Assembly: GCA_030390025.1 (NCBI GenBank)
Contig: CM059432.1
Coordinates: 112,718,001-112,782,000, forward strand
Direction of reading: 5' to 3'
From: Squalus acanthias
Lineage: Eukaryota
DNA length: 64,000 bases
The notes under the pieces were generated by a model. It saw nothing but the letters and a program-made list of their open reading frames with translations. It made no database searches and had not been told where the DNA came from. Below are positions 50,795-62,269 of the stretch, piece after piece; the first letter of the stretch is position 1; each line of letters starts with the position of its first letter. The position numbers were made by a program, and so were the translations under genes.

Positions 50795-52727
50795 CAGGCA
50801 ATGGATCAGGTCAAATCTCTGCAGCCCTACCACATCCAGTTGTGAATGGGGGTGGACAATTACACACCAACGGGATGAGGAATTTTAAAGAATATCCCCA
50901 TTCCCAACAATGGTGGAGTCCAGCACGTGAGTGCAAATGACAAGTTTGCAACCAACTTCAGTCAGAAGTGTCGAGTGGATGATCGTCCTCGGCCTCCTCC
51001 TGAGGTCCTCACCATCACAGAAGCCTGTCTTCAGCAAATTCGAATTACTCCACGTGATATCAAGAAATGGCTGAGTGCATTGATGGACACAGCAAAGGCT
51101 AAGGGCCCCGAAAACAACTCGGCTATAGTGTTGAAGACCTGTGCTCCAGAACTATACGTGCCCCTAGCCAAGCTGTTCCAGTACAGCTACAACACTGGCA
51201 TCTACCTGACAATTTCCCAGGTATGTCCTGTCCACAAGATGCAGGACAAATCCAATCCGGACAATTACCGCCCTATCAGACTACTCCTAATAGTCAACAA
51301 AATAATAGAAGGTGTCATCGACAGTGCTATCAAGCAGACTTACTCACCAATAACCTGCTCACTGATGCTCAGTTTGGGTTCCGCCAGGACCACTCGGCTC
51401 CAGACCTCACTACAGCCTTGGTCCAAACATGGAACAAGAGCTGAATTTCAGAGGTGAGGTGAGAGTGACTGCCCTTGGCATCAAGGTAGCATTCGACCGA
51501 CTGTGGCATCAAGTGCCCAAGTAAAACTGAAGTCAATAGAGATCTCTCTAATGATTGGAGTCATATCTGGCAGAAAGGAAGATGGTTGTAATTATTGGAG
51601 GCCAATCATCCCAGTCCCAGGACATCGCTGCAGGAATTCCTCAGGGCAGCATAATCGGCCCAGCTATCTTCAGCAGCTTCATCCCCTCCATCATAAGGTC
51701 ACAAATGGGGCTGTTCATTGATGATTGCACAGTTTTGAGCTTCATTCATAATTCCTCAGATATTGAAGGAGTTCAAACCTGCATGCAGAAGACTTGGACA
51801 ACATTCCGGCATGGGCTGATAAATGGCAAATAACATTTGCGTCGCACAAGTGGCAGGCAATGACAATCTCCAACAACAGAGAGGTTAATCACCTCCCGCT
51901 GACATTCAGTGGCATTACCATCACTGAGTCCCCTACCAACAACATCCTGGGGGTTGCCATTGACCAGGAACTCAACTGGACCAGCCACATAAATGGTGTG
52001 GCTACTAGAGCAGGTCAAAGGTTGGATGTTTTACAGTGAGTATCTCACCTCCAAAATCTTTCCACGATCTACGAGTCAGGAGTGTGATGTAATATTCGCC
52101 ACTTACTTGGATGAATGCAGCTGCAACAACACTCAAGAAGCTTGACACCATCCAGGACAAAGCAGTCCATTTGATTGGTACCTCATCCACTAGCTTAAAC
52201 ATCCACTTCCACCACTAATGTTCCGTGGCTACAATGTGTACTATCTACAGGATGCACGGTAGTCTGTGTGGTGAAGGTGCTCCCACAATGCTATGAGGGA
52301 GGGAGTTCCAGGATTTTGACCCAGCGACAATGAAGGAATGGTGATATATGTCCATGTCAGGATGACGTGTGACTTGGAAGCAACTTGAAGATGGTGGTGT
52401 TTACATGCACTCGCCAAGGCTTCTTTGCTAGCACCTTCCAAACCCACAATCTTAACCACCTCGAGGGACAAGGGCAGCATGTGCATGAGAACACCACCAT
52501 TTCCAAGTTCTCCTCCGAGTCACACACCATCCTGACTTGAACATATATCGCCGCTGGGTCAACATCCTTGAACCCCCTATTTAACAGCATTGTGGGAGTA
52601 CCTTCACCACACGGACTGCAGCGGTTCAAGAAGGCGGCTCACCACCACTTTCTGAAGGCAACTATGGATGAGCAGTAAATGCCGGCCTTGTCAACGACGC
52701 CCATATCCCAAGAATATATTTTTTTAA
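50795..52727 (+). mobile_element. Older LINE (RT domain through 3' end), same clade as 6017-8188, decayed
   Basis: VLKTCAPEL..PLAKLFQYSY..VCPVHK..SNPDNYRPI.LL, QFGFRQDHSAPDL, GIPQGSIIGP, LFIDD and WADKWQITF, with many frameshifts. Confidence 0.88.
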
Positions 52728-53229
52728 ATGCTCATGGAAAATTACTTCATAAATATTGAAACTGCAAATGCACAAATGTACTATAAATTAAGTATATGGC
52801 AATATATCCAATAGTGATTGGAAGAGAATTCATGGTTATGATTTGAAGCACACCAAGGGGTTGAAATTCTTACCATTGATATTTTTTGTGGAAAAGTCAG
52901 TGTGAAAACAAAAGGGATTTCCCATTTTGTACCACCTTTTTCAGTAAAGTTGTCAACAGTAGGAATCTCAACCCTCAGGTTCCTGATTTCGGCTGGTCTG
53001 TTAGGGAAGCTACTGAGCAGGAGGTTTGTGTTTTTTCATAGGAGTGAAAATCAGGAAGCCAGATTTGCTCCCATGACTTTAAATAATTGCCTTGGCAGAG
53101 GTATGGGAAAGGTGACCTTTATGTCATTATCTTGGGTAAATAGAACCATATTGACCATAACTCCCAACATCTGCCCAGTGCAAACACATGTTCTGTTTGA
53201 TCATGAGCTGAGTTTCAACCCCATTACAT

Positions 53230-54580
53230 AGACCACCTATTTCTACTGCCACAACATCACATGCTTCCACCCTTATGTCATCCCCACCATCGCTGAACCC
53301 CTTATCTATGCCTTAGTTACCTCCCGCTCAAAGTCTCCTCATTGACCTCCCAAATTCCATCCTACATGACCTATAATTTTTTCAAAACTGTGCTATCCGC
53401 ACCCAATGCCACATTGAGTTTTGCTGTCTTATCACCGTTCACCCTGCCAACCTCCATTGATTTCCCCTCCACCACTACATTAAATTCAAACTCCTCAACC
53501 TCTTTTACAAGTCCCTTCACAGCCTTAACCTCCCCTACGTCTGCAACCTCCTTCTGCCCCACATAGCAATGTCACATTCTGCTCTTCCAATTCTGACTTT
53601 CTTTGCATTCTCCTTCTCTCTGCTGCACAGTTAATCAGAAAACCTTCAGTCATATTGGCTTCACACTGCAGCACTCTCCCTAAACTCCTTGGGCGAAAAA
53701 TTGAGTCGCACCCCCTTTGGGGCACTAACTTCGCTGGGGCGCTACTTTTAGCGCCACGGAAAAATTAGCACCCCCACAACCGAAATTGAGTGGTAGTGCC
53801 CCAAGAGGGAAGCAGGGCACTACTGGAAGTGCCCCGCCTTCCTCTTGGAACGCTGCGAGGGATAATCACGGCGTTACGTGCCGCAGTATTGCAGGCCTTC
53901 CTCCCCTTCTTAATGGGGAGGGGCCTTGCGCAGCGCAACCCGGGACCCAGCTGGGCCCCCGGGGATCGGACTGCCGGCAATAGAGCCCGGCACTCAAGAG
54001 AAGTGCCAGGCTCATGGATCGCAGCCGGCACTCCGCGGGGGGCGGGTAAGGAGGCTGGGGACGGGAGCAGAGGCAGGTGCTGGCAGGCGGCCAGCAACTA
54101 AAATGGCTGCTCGGCACCTCACCTTTAAATAGCGCCGCCTCAGCCGCAGGTAATCCCCCCTGACCCCGTCGGTCATAGCATCCGGCGGTAAGTCAGGGAG
54201 CGCTACTGAAGATCGCAGGCAGGGCGCTGCGCACGGCGATTACATCATCGCTAGCGGCGGGGCGCTAACGGTTACCGCCACTGCTAACCTCCCGCTGAAT
54301 TTCGCGGGAGGCGTTGGCAGCGCCACGCCCGGGCACTAGTTGCTTTGCGCCCCGTTAGTGCCCTAAGAGGGCGCTAACGGGAGGCGCAAAGCAACCAAAT
54401 TTTCCCCCTTCTCTTTATTACTACTTTCCCTACTTTCAAAAGCCTCCACATAACCTGCATTTTTGACCTTGCACCTACCCAATTTTTCTCCTGCTGCTTT
54501 CACCTTCTGTTTTCACCTCTTTCTTGGAACATTTTAACGTAATAATAATGTTTTATGATTGCAAATGATTGTTGTTATTG
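53230..54580 (+). mobile_element. Highly decayed L2 3' fragment, split by a MITE
   Basis: ACCTATTTCTAC..AACATC..GCTGAACCCCTTATCTATGCCTTAGTTACCTCC resembles the sense strand of the L2 at 40912-41433. CTCCCTAAAC lies before the MITE. Confidence 0.55.
53691..54408. mobile_element. GC-rich MITE related to 59526-60272 and 62850-63742
   Basis: TIRs GGGCGAAAAATTG / CAAATTTTCCCCC. Subterminal GCGCTAACGG..GGCGCAA and CCTTTAAATAGCGC are shared with the later copies. Confidence 0.8.
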
Positions 54581-55519
54581 CCTGATGCCTTCAAGTCAAC
54601 ATTATGTCCTGACATTACTGAACTCTTCAATTATTTATTAATCAACTTAAAACATTTACCACAAGATTTTAATGGAAATCCTGATACTGCTACTTTGGGA
54701 CTATAGGGAGAGCAGGTGTTGTGCCGAGGTATTCATTAAACTGCACATTCTTGGCTCAGAAAACAACCAGACAGTGTTCCTGCTGTGAGTGTATTGAATT
54801 TTCAATAAATACTGTGACAAATTCCCGTGCATATGTATGCAATTGCACCTTTTTGCGATGACATTTGCTTAATGTTTTGGCCAGCTGGTTCAATTCGCAG
54901 TCAGGTTCAGATGAACTTTAGTGTTTTAACCCAAACCAATCTAAACTATCTTCGACCGTTTTGATATCACCATATTGCCATTTATGCTTGACACTTGAGC
55001 TTTAGTTCAGGTTTTCCCTTCACTCCTGGTGCAAATGCTGTTTTAGGCAGTGTAAAAGGTGTTGCAATCATGAAATTACTTGATTTACTGCCAAAGGAAA
55101 TGTGTCTTTTTTTATGGCATGCAAATGAATAGATGGCACAGACATAGAGCAAAAGCTCTGCTTTATCACTGTGTGTTTGTGTAGGAAGAATGTACGCACA
55201 TTGCTCTTCCAAACTAAATGATGGACTTCCTTGTGCCCCTCCAAGTGGCCAGTGATAAAGTGTCATTGGGAGAGGTCTAAAATAGCCCTTCCCACCTATT
55301 CTCTCTAACAGTAATTTTAATTAGCTGACTATAGATGTACAATATCAAAATTCTCTCCACATAATGTTCCATTTATGGCAAACATTGCGCATCACAGTGA
55401 TCTTTTCCATCAAACAGATTGCATGGCCAATGTTACAAATTGACGTGAACAGATGCACATATATCTGACAATTTATTCTGTGTTTGGTACCCCCCCTTTC
55501 CATTTTACAAGTTTAGTTA

Positions 55520-55930
55520 TGTTAAGCTTTTTAAAAAATCTCTGGTTCCAAGAAAGGAGAGCCAGGTGAAGAGCCAAGGCCCACAGTGCTGGGTATCAAC
55601 AAGGCTGAAAGGAGCAGGAGGAAAGATGAGGTCATCAAAAAGTAGCAGCTGGGTGACGGCAGGCTTGGGTTTGAAAAGCCTGGAGACTGAGGAAAGCAAG
55701 ACCGGGAGGGGTAAACAATTTCACTGTCAGGAGAGTCGGCCAAAGAATGTTGGAGTAGCAACGTATGCAGTGAGTCTTGATTTAAACACAGTGAGGAAGA
55801 AGAACATTTATGATACTGATTTCAAACTTGAGATGGACAAGAGAGGGAAGTTTAGAGGATCATTGGCCTTTGTGCTATCGATAAAGTAGAGAAAGAATGG
55901 TTGTAATGGAGAGTGATGGTGTGGGGTGGG
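55520..55930 (-). mobile_element. Probable decayed L2-like ORF2 fragment
   Basis: The minus-strand peptide LSSVSRLFKPKP resembles the L2 LFSTV..LL.P region. Heavily degenerate. Confidence 0.35.
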
Positions 55931-56101
55931 GAGACCAGAATAAGTAAATAAATAACTTGATAAGTAAAATGTGGCATGATTTTGCTTCTATTAGATACTA
56001 AAACAAATCTTGAAATATTTATGTTTCAAGGGGCATTGTCTCCATGGTAAAGTGCCTTAGGAGACTTTACCACATTTATCCACATAAGAGGGCACAATAT
56101 T

Positions 56102-56826
56102 GGGCCGTATTTTCCGATCGGAGGCTTCCTGCATACGGAGGCCTCCGATCTGGAAAAAATTTACCTGAGGGCTCCCGAGGTCCGGACACTTCCGCTCCTG
56201 GGCCTCTCCAACTCGAAATGTGCGGGGCCCACGTATCCCACAGGCGCATGCGGTTCGCAAGCGTCCCTGGGATCACGTGGGCCGTGGGGAGCCAATCAAA
56301 GAAGGGAATCTCCCTTCATACACTTGACAGATAGACCTGTCAAATATATGAATGGAGATCACCCCAAAAACACTGTAAAACATTAAATAATTTTTTTTTA
56401 AATCACATTTTTAAAATGAGTTGAAATTGCAATAAATTTAATATTTTAAACAAAAATTTAATTTTTTGAAAAAATAATTAAAGTTTTTTACGGGGCTAAA
56501 AATAAACTTACCTTTTTTAAAGTATTTTTAAATGATAAATGAGTGAAAACATTTTTTTTTACTTTTTTCATATCTTATGCTGGTAAAAGCAGGCCTTACG
56601 CCTGCTTTTACCAGGCGTAAGATTTCTAAGGGTTTTCTGTGGGCAGAGGTTCTCCAGAAAGCGGAACTATCCGCCCGCTGAAGTCTTTCTCTAGGGCAGG
56701 CATCCGATCTGTCAAGAGCATTCTTGACAGATCGGAAATACCGTTTTTCAGCGCATGCGCTTGGCATACCTGAAACCGGCATTTCCGATGTCCCTACGGG
56801 TGTGTAGGGATCGGAATATACCGCCC
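56102..56826. mobile_element. MITE related to 49636-50379
   Basis: TIRs GGGCCGTATTTTCCGATC / GATCGGAATATACCGCCC with flanks ATT/AAT. Shares GGGATCACGTG..AGCCAAT, TAAAAATAAACTTACCT and TTTTCAGCGCATGCGC with the 49.6-kb MITE. Confidence 0.85.
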
Positions 56827-56923
56827 AATGTGATTGATGAAGGAATGACATTGTTGCACACTCATCACATCAGGTGGTACAAATTTGCTATTACATATAT
56901 AACATCTATTACAGCACAAACTT

Positions 56924-57437
56924 CATAGAATCATAGGATAATATAGCACAGAAGGAGGCCATTCGGCCCATTGTGCCTGTGCCGGCTCTAATGAATCCCA
57001 CTCCCCTGCTCTTTCCCCATAGCCCTGCAAATTTTTCCTTTTCAAGTATTTATTCAATTTCCTTTTGAAAGTTAATATTGAATCTTTCACCCTTTCACGC
57101 AGTGCATTCAGATTATAACAACTCACTGCGTGATTTTTTTCCCCCCATGTTGCCCCTGGTTCTTTTGCCAATTACTTTAAATCTGTGTCCTCTGGTTACC
57201 GACCCTTCCACTACTGGAAACAGTTTCTCCTTATTTATTAAAACCTTCCAAGATTTTGAACACCTCTATCAAATCGCCCCTTAACCTTCTCTGCTGTAAG
57301 GAGAACAACCACACTTTCTCCAGTCTCTCCACGTAACTGAAGTCTTTCATCCCCAGTACCATTCTAGTAAATCTTCTCTGCACCCTCTCTAAGGCCTTCA
57401 CGTCTTTCCTAAAGTGTGGAGCTCAGAATTGGACACT
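56924..57437 (-). mobile_element. CR1 LINE 3' fragment
   Basis: CATAGAATCATAG tail and GCACAGAAGGAGGCCATTCGGCCC. Reverse-complement similarity to 2200-2685. Confidence 0.85.
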
Positions 57438-58729
57438 TGCTATGGAAACCAATGTTGCAGGTTCAATGGAGATTTGAAGATGCCTGTGAACATTCGCACT
57501 TTTTCCCTTGACAGTACTTTTCATTACTGGGCAGAGTTGGATGCAACACATTACAAATGCTAATTACTATAAAAACCTAGGACTGTGTAGGACAAAAAAG
57601 ACTATTCCTGTCCTTTAGGCTGGCCCCGGAGCCTGGATAATTTCATGTGCCACTCTATTGGTCAAAGCCCACAATTGGCTGCCTCATCAAATATCCATCC
57701 AGCTCCCTCTTTAATTTACTGGCCCCATCCATTGTCTCCTTGGCCTCTATAGGTAACACGTGTATTGTCTCCAATAACGTAACCCAAATAAAACACCCTC
57801 CCCCTTTATAAGGTGACATTGACAATCTATATAATCTATCGCAGTCATCTCAAATCTCAGATAAATAAGGTTGCCTTATAGACATGTGGAGACAAGAATG
57901 CAACTCTTAGGACTCATTGGGCTTGTGACTATCACAGTCATTTATTGTGAATTGGAGAATTCTTCTAGGAGTTGATTAAGCCCTGTTCTCTGGTGGATGA
58001 TGGGCAGGTTCTCACTAATTCACTCAATGCACTATTTAATGGTTCGTTCCATATTTTTAATCAGAAATTATGTCAACAGTAGGAAACCTGTGAGAATGGC
58101 AGCCTCACATCCAGGACTATAAACAAATGAAAGGTGTCTTTGAAAGTGGCCACATAGTCTGTTTGAGGGAGTAGTACTGCACCTATTTAACACATGATTC
58201 AAACCAGCCAACTTTTCAAATCGCACTTGCTCCACCCCATCCTCCATGTACCTCTTTCCTGCTTTCTCATAATTTTGTTTGTTGGAACTGATAGATCCTC
58301 TGTCTAATGTTTCAGATAACAGGCAGTGCATTTATAGTACTTTATATAATGTAACAATCCACCAATAACATTGCTCTGTTGGCAGTCACAAGGTTTTGCA
58401 TTTTGATCACTTGGAATATTCTGTTCTTTTGAAGTGTTCTGGTCCCCTTCACTCCTCTCTTCTGTTCTAAGAGTGAAGCTTGGAGGGCCCTGTTAAACAC
58501 TCTTCTTTGTATGTACTATAAATGTGGGTTGGGAGAATAAAGGGAGTTTGAGACAGGTGAATCAGGGCCCAATTTGCTAATGTTACAAACATTATCTGTA
58601 ACTTTTCTTTGGAATTGGTTTGATTTTTAGTGCCCATGTGCTAATTTGTGCAATTTTGTTGTTAATCAGCATTCAGAAGAGGGTAAATGACAGTCATTAT
58701 TCTGAGTACCATCAGATATCTGAAAAGGA

Positions 58730-59240
58730 ACAGAAAATGCTGGAAATACTCAGCAGGTCAGGCAGCATCTGTGGAGAGAGAAACAGAGTTAACGTTTCAG
58801 GCTGATGACCTTTCGTCAGAACTGGAAAAGTTAGAGATGTAACAGATTTTAAGCAAGTGCAGAGGCAGGGAAAGGGGGGACGGGAGGAAAGAACAAAAGG
58901 GAAGGTCTGTGATAGGGTGGAAGGCAGGAGTGGTTAAATGACAAAAGGGATGATGATGCAAAGGCAAAAGGAGATGGTAATGGTACAAGTAAAGGAACAA
59001 AAGATGGGCCTGGAAGAGGTGTAAATGGGAATAGCAGAATCATCAACAGCTGCCAACTGAAAAAATAGGGGCCGAGGTTATAGTCTGAAATTGTTGAACT
59101 CGATGTTAAGTCCAGAAGGCTGTAAAGTGCCTAATCGAAAGATGAGGTGCTGTTCCTCGAGCTTACGTTGAGCTTCGTTAGAACAGTGTAAGAGGCCGAG
59201 GACGGAGAGGTCAGAGTGGGAGTGGAGCGGAGAATTAAAG
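58730..59240 (-). mobile_element. PLE family 2, 3' fragment (GIY-YIG C-terminus plus terminal region)
   Basis: FNSPLHSHSDLSVLGLLHCSNEAQRKLEEQHLIFRLGTLQPSGLNIEF parallels the family-1 C-terminus HFNSQGHSASDLRV..RKIIEQKLI..GLN. Confidence 0.85.
58787..58823 (-). ncRNA. Minimal hammerhead ribozyme motif (PLE family 2), weakened stem II
   Basis: Minus strand reads AGTT-CTGACGA-A-AGGTC(ATC)AGCCT-GAAA-CG-TT-AACT. Confidence 0.55.
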
Positions 59241-59525
59241 TATCTGAAAAGTGTTGTTATCGTTGTGGTAGCCACAACTCGCTGACAGAGAAAACATTTT
59301 GTTTCACTTTTAAATAAAGCATCCTTGTGACCCAGAACTGGTTACTAAACTAGTTAAGTACAAAATTTGTTAAATATCTTGAGTAATGATTGTTTTTTTT
59401 GCTTCTGGAGAAAGAAAGGGTTTTTGCTTCGGAACAAGTGCATTTCCTACAGTAGCTTAAACCTGCCCTAAGGAAAATAGTATGGGACAGATGGATGAGG
59501 GACTGTAAGGGGCTTGAAAGTCTAT

Positions 59526-60272
59526 GGGGGAAAAATTAGGTCGCGCCCCATTTGGGGCGCAAATATCGTCTGGACGCAAATATTAGCGCCTGGCGCTAAT
59601 TATCGCCACTGACTGGAAACTTCACTTTTACCGCCCCGGGAGGTGAGTGGAGCGCTAAATCAGGCGCTGCACACCTGTCTTAAGGCGCAAAGGCCGAGCA
59701 GTGAGGCGCTAACTCAGAGCGCGAGCGCAGCGCAGCTGCTGCCAATTAGCGAGGGAACACAGACACACTGGCGCCGGCCAGTTCTTAAAGCGGGGGGGGG
59801 GGGGCCAACTGTTAGGATCAGTAGGCAAAACTACCTTACAAAGCGTTAAGTCAATGCAGAAGTCTCTCTTTCTCTCTCTCCGAATCTCTCTCTCTCTCTC
59901 AGAACGAGTGGTGCAAAAATGTCAACCACAGAAAAAGACAGGAAGAGGCCCCCTTTAAATAGCGCCCCCCCCCCCAGCCCCACAGCGATTGATAGCGTTC
60001 CAGTCTTCCGGTCGTTGGATGCGCCAGGCGGTAAGGCAGGGGGCGCCACTCAATTTCCGCTCCGGGGCGCCACAAGGGCGTTGCACCATGGAATGACGTC
60101 ACAATCTGCGCGCGCAGGTGGTCGCAGCGGTAAAGTTTAGCGCCGCCGCACAATCTCTAGTTAAGTTCCCGAGCGGCGCAAACATCGCTGCGCCCGGGCG
60201 TTAGCGGCTTTGTGCCCCATTAGCGCCCTCTTAAGGCGCTAACGGAGGCGCAACCAACTGAATTTTTACCCC
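59526..60272. mobile_element. MITE, young GC-rich family
   Basis: TIRs GGGGGAAAAATT / AATTTTTACCCC with TSD TAT/TAT. Ends are near-identical to 62850-63742. Confidence 0.9.
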
Positions 60273-62269
60273 TATGAATTTTCTGCACTTGCTGGTCGAG
60301 CTCGTCAGCTAAAAAAAATGTAAGTGGCAGGTTGACCTGCAAGCAGGATATTTTTAAAATACAGCCTAGGATGTAAAGGTCTGTAGCCCAGGGGACAATG
60401 ATTGGGCCCTGAAAATCCTAAATCGGATCCATGCCATTACTCCATCACTTGGAAAAGTCAATTTGATTCAAATTCTACTAGTGGGTTCCTTATTCTGTTG
60501 TAGCTACGGAAACATTGGAATTAGAAAGATAATGGGTGACAGTGAAACTGTGCAGACACTGTTCGGCTAAAATCGAGGTTGCCACTTACAAAGATTTTTT
60601 CCCCAACTATTTGTACACCCTTGCTGCTTTATATGTATTTTAAATGCTTTGATTTAATTTAAAAAGTACCTGTAGAGTACATCATTTTCCGCATGAGGTT
60701 TTGGTAGAAAATTAAAAATCAATCTCTGCAATCTTTCTTTTCCTTATCTGGCCCAGACTTACATCTTCGGGGGGGGCAGGGGGGAAGAGGGAGGAAAGGA
60801 GGATGATAAGTCTTGCCAAAATGTGTGCGGTATGTTTTCTGCCAACATATGGATGTCTTTGAAAAGCTAGGTAATTAAAAAGTGATAATGGAGAAGCAAG
60901 CTGCACAGGGACTATTGAATTATTTTTTTAGTTCGTTCTCACAGTGACAGGTATCTCACTTTTGCTGCTCAGCTTGCATTTTTCTTTTCCTTTTTTGGGG
61001 CTATTTGGAAATGCAGAAGTGATTAGAGCAATTGGTTTAATTTTATATCATCAGAAGCCTGCAGTTCATGATAAGTATATATAATCTACAAAATAATAAA
61101 TTGTTCAAATGTATTTCCCGTTTTGTTAAATATTCAGCTGGCTGATAACAGAAGCTGCATAGAAATGACAATCTTTCTTTCATTCTTTTTGCGATTTTTT
61201 TTTTTTACTTTTGCTTACACCAGAGTTCTGCTGTGAAACAGTCAGGGAGAGATCATTAGCTTCTAGTTTATGTGAAACCCAGGGTTAGAACTCTGTATGT
61301 CACCAGTCAGTTTCTTTACCTCCTTGAGCTGATCAGAGGATCAGAGTATCAAGGAAGGATTAGTACCAACTTGGGATTTGTGTGATTGGTTAATTTATTG
61401 CGGTGATGGCAAGTCTTTCATCTACGGCAACATTTAATCAGGACAGGCACGGAGGCTATTACAGGTTGGCTCTTTTCTCAACTTAGGCTGGTTGCACCAT
61501 CAGCTCTATCACAATTCCCCTGAAATTTCCAAATTATCTGGAACAGGGTTTATCCTCTCAGTAATAAAAATTAGAACAGATTCCTGATAGGGATGATGGC
61601 AGGGCTTTTTGCTTGCACAGGGCATAATAGTGCAGCCACGTGCTTCAAAAAAAATCATCTGGGTCTAAAGATGTGCAGGATTTATCACACTCTACTCTGA
61701 TCCAAATCCACATGGCCGAAAATTTATATTAGATTTTATCAGGGAGGCCTAAGTCTAAAAAAATCAATGGAGGTTATCTTTTATGTAACAGCAACTTGTG
61801 GAAATATTGATTTTCATTTTATAGGGAATCTGCTGCATGAGTTTGTAATCACTGTCTCGCTGACTACTATGTTTTTTCTCTCTTCGTATCAGTGTTACAG
61901 AATTTTTTTTGCCTCCAGTACTTAAGACCAGAAATTCAGCCACTTTGTTACAGGTTTAGCTCCTCTTCTGATGCAAATGTTTGCTAACTTTCTGTTAAAT
62001 ATTTCATTACCTTAATCTTAGATTTTATTACAGATAGTTGCTGTATTGACAGAGAGAAAGCCGTACTTTCTTATTTACCAGTATAAGCGTTAGGAGCTGC
62101 AGTTCAGCTCCCCAATTGGGAAGTAAGTGTTCTCCACACAGTCCCTGGGGCTGAAGAGAATGATACAAAACTAACATAAGTGTCGAACAATAAAAAATAA
62201 AAAGCCACTGTTTCTGTATATTATGAATTAATTTTTTAAAACACTACGAGGTAAAACATTGTTTGTGAC

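Noticed and set aside
61190..61290. Splice acceptor (T-rich tract plus CAG at ~61223) and a short exon
   Set aside because: Two of three frames stop quickly, the downstream donor is weak and the peptide is not recognised.
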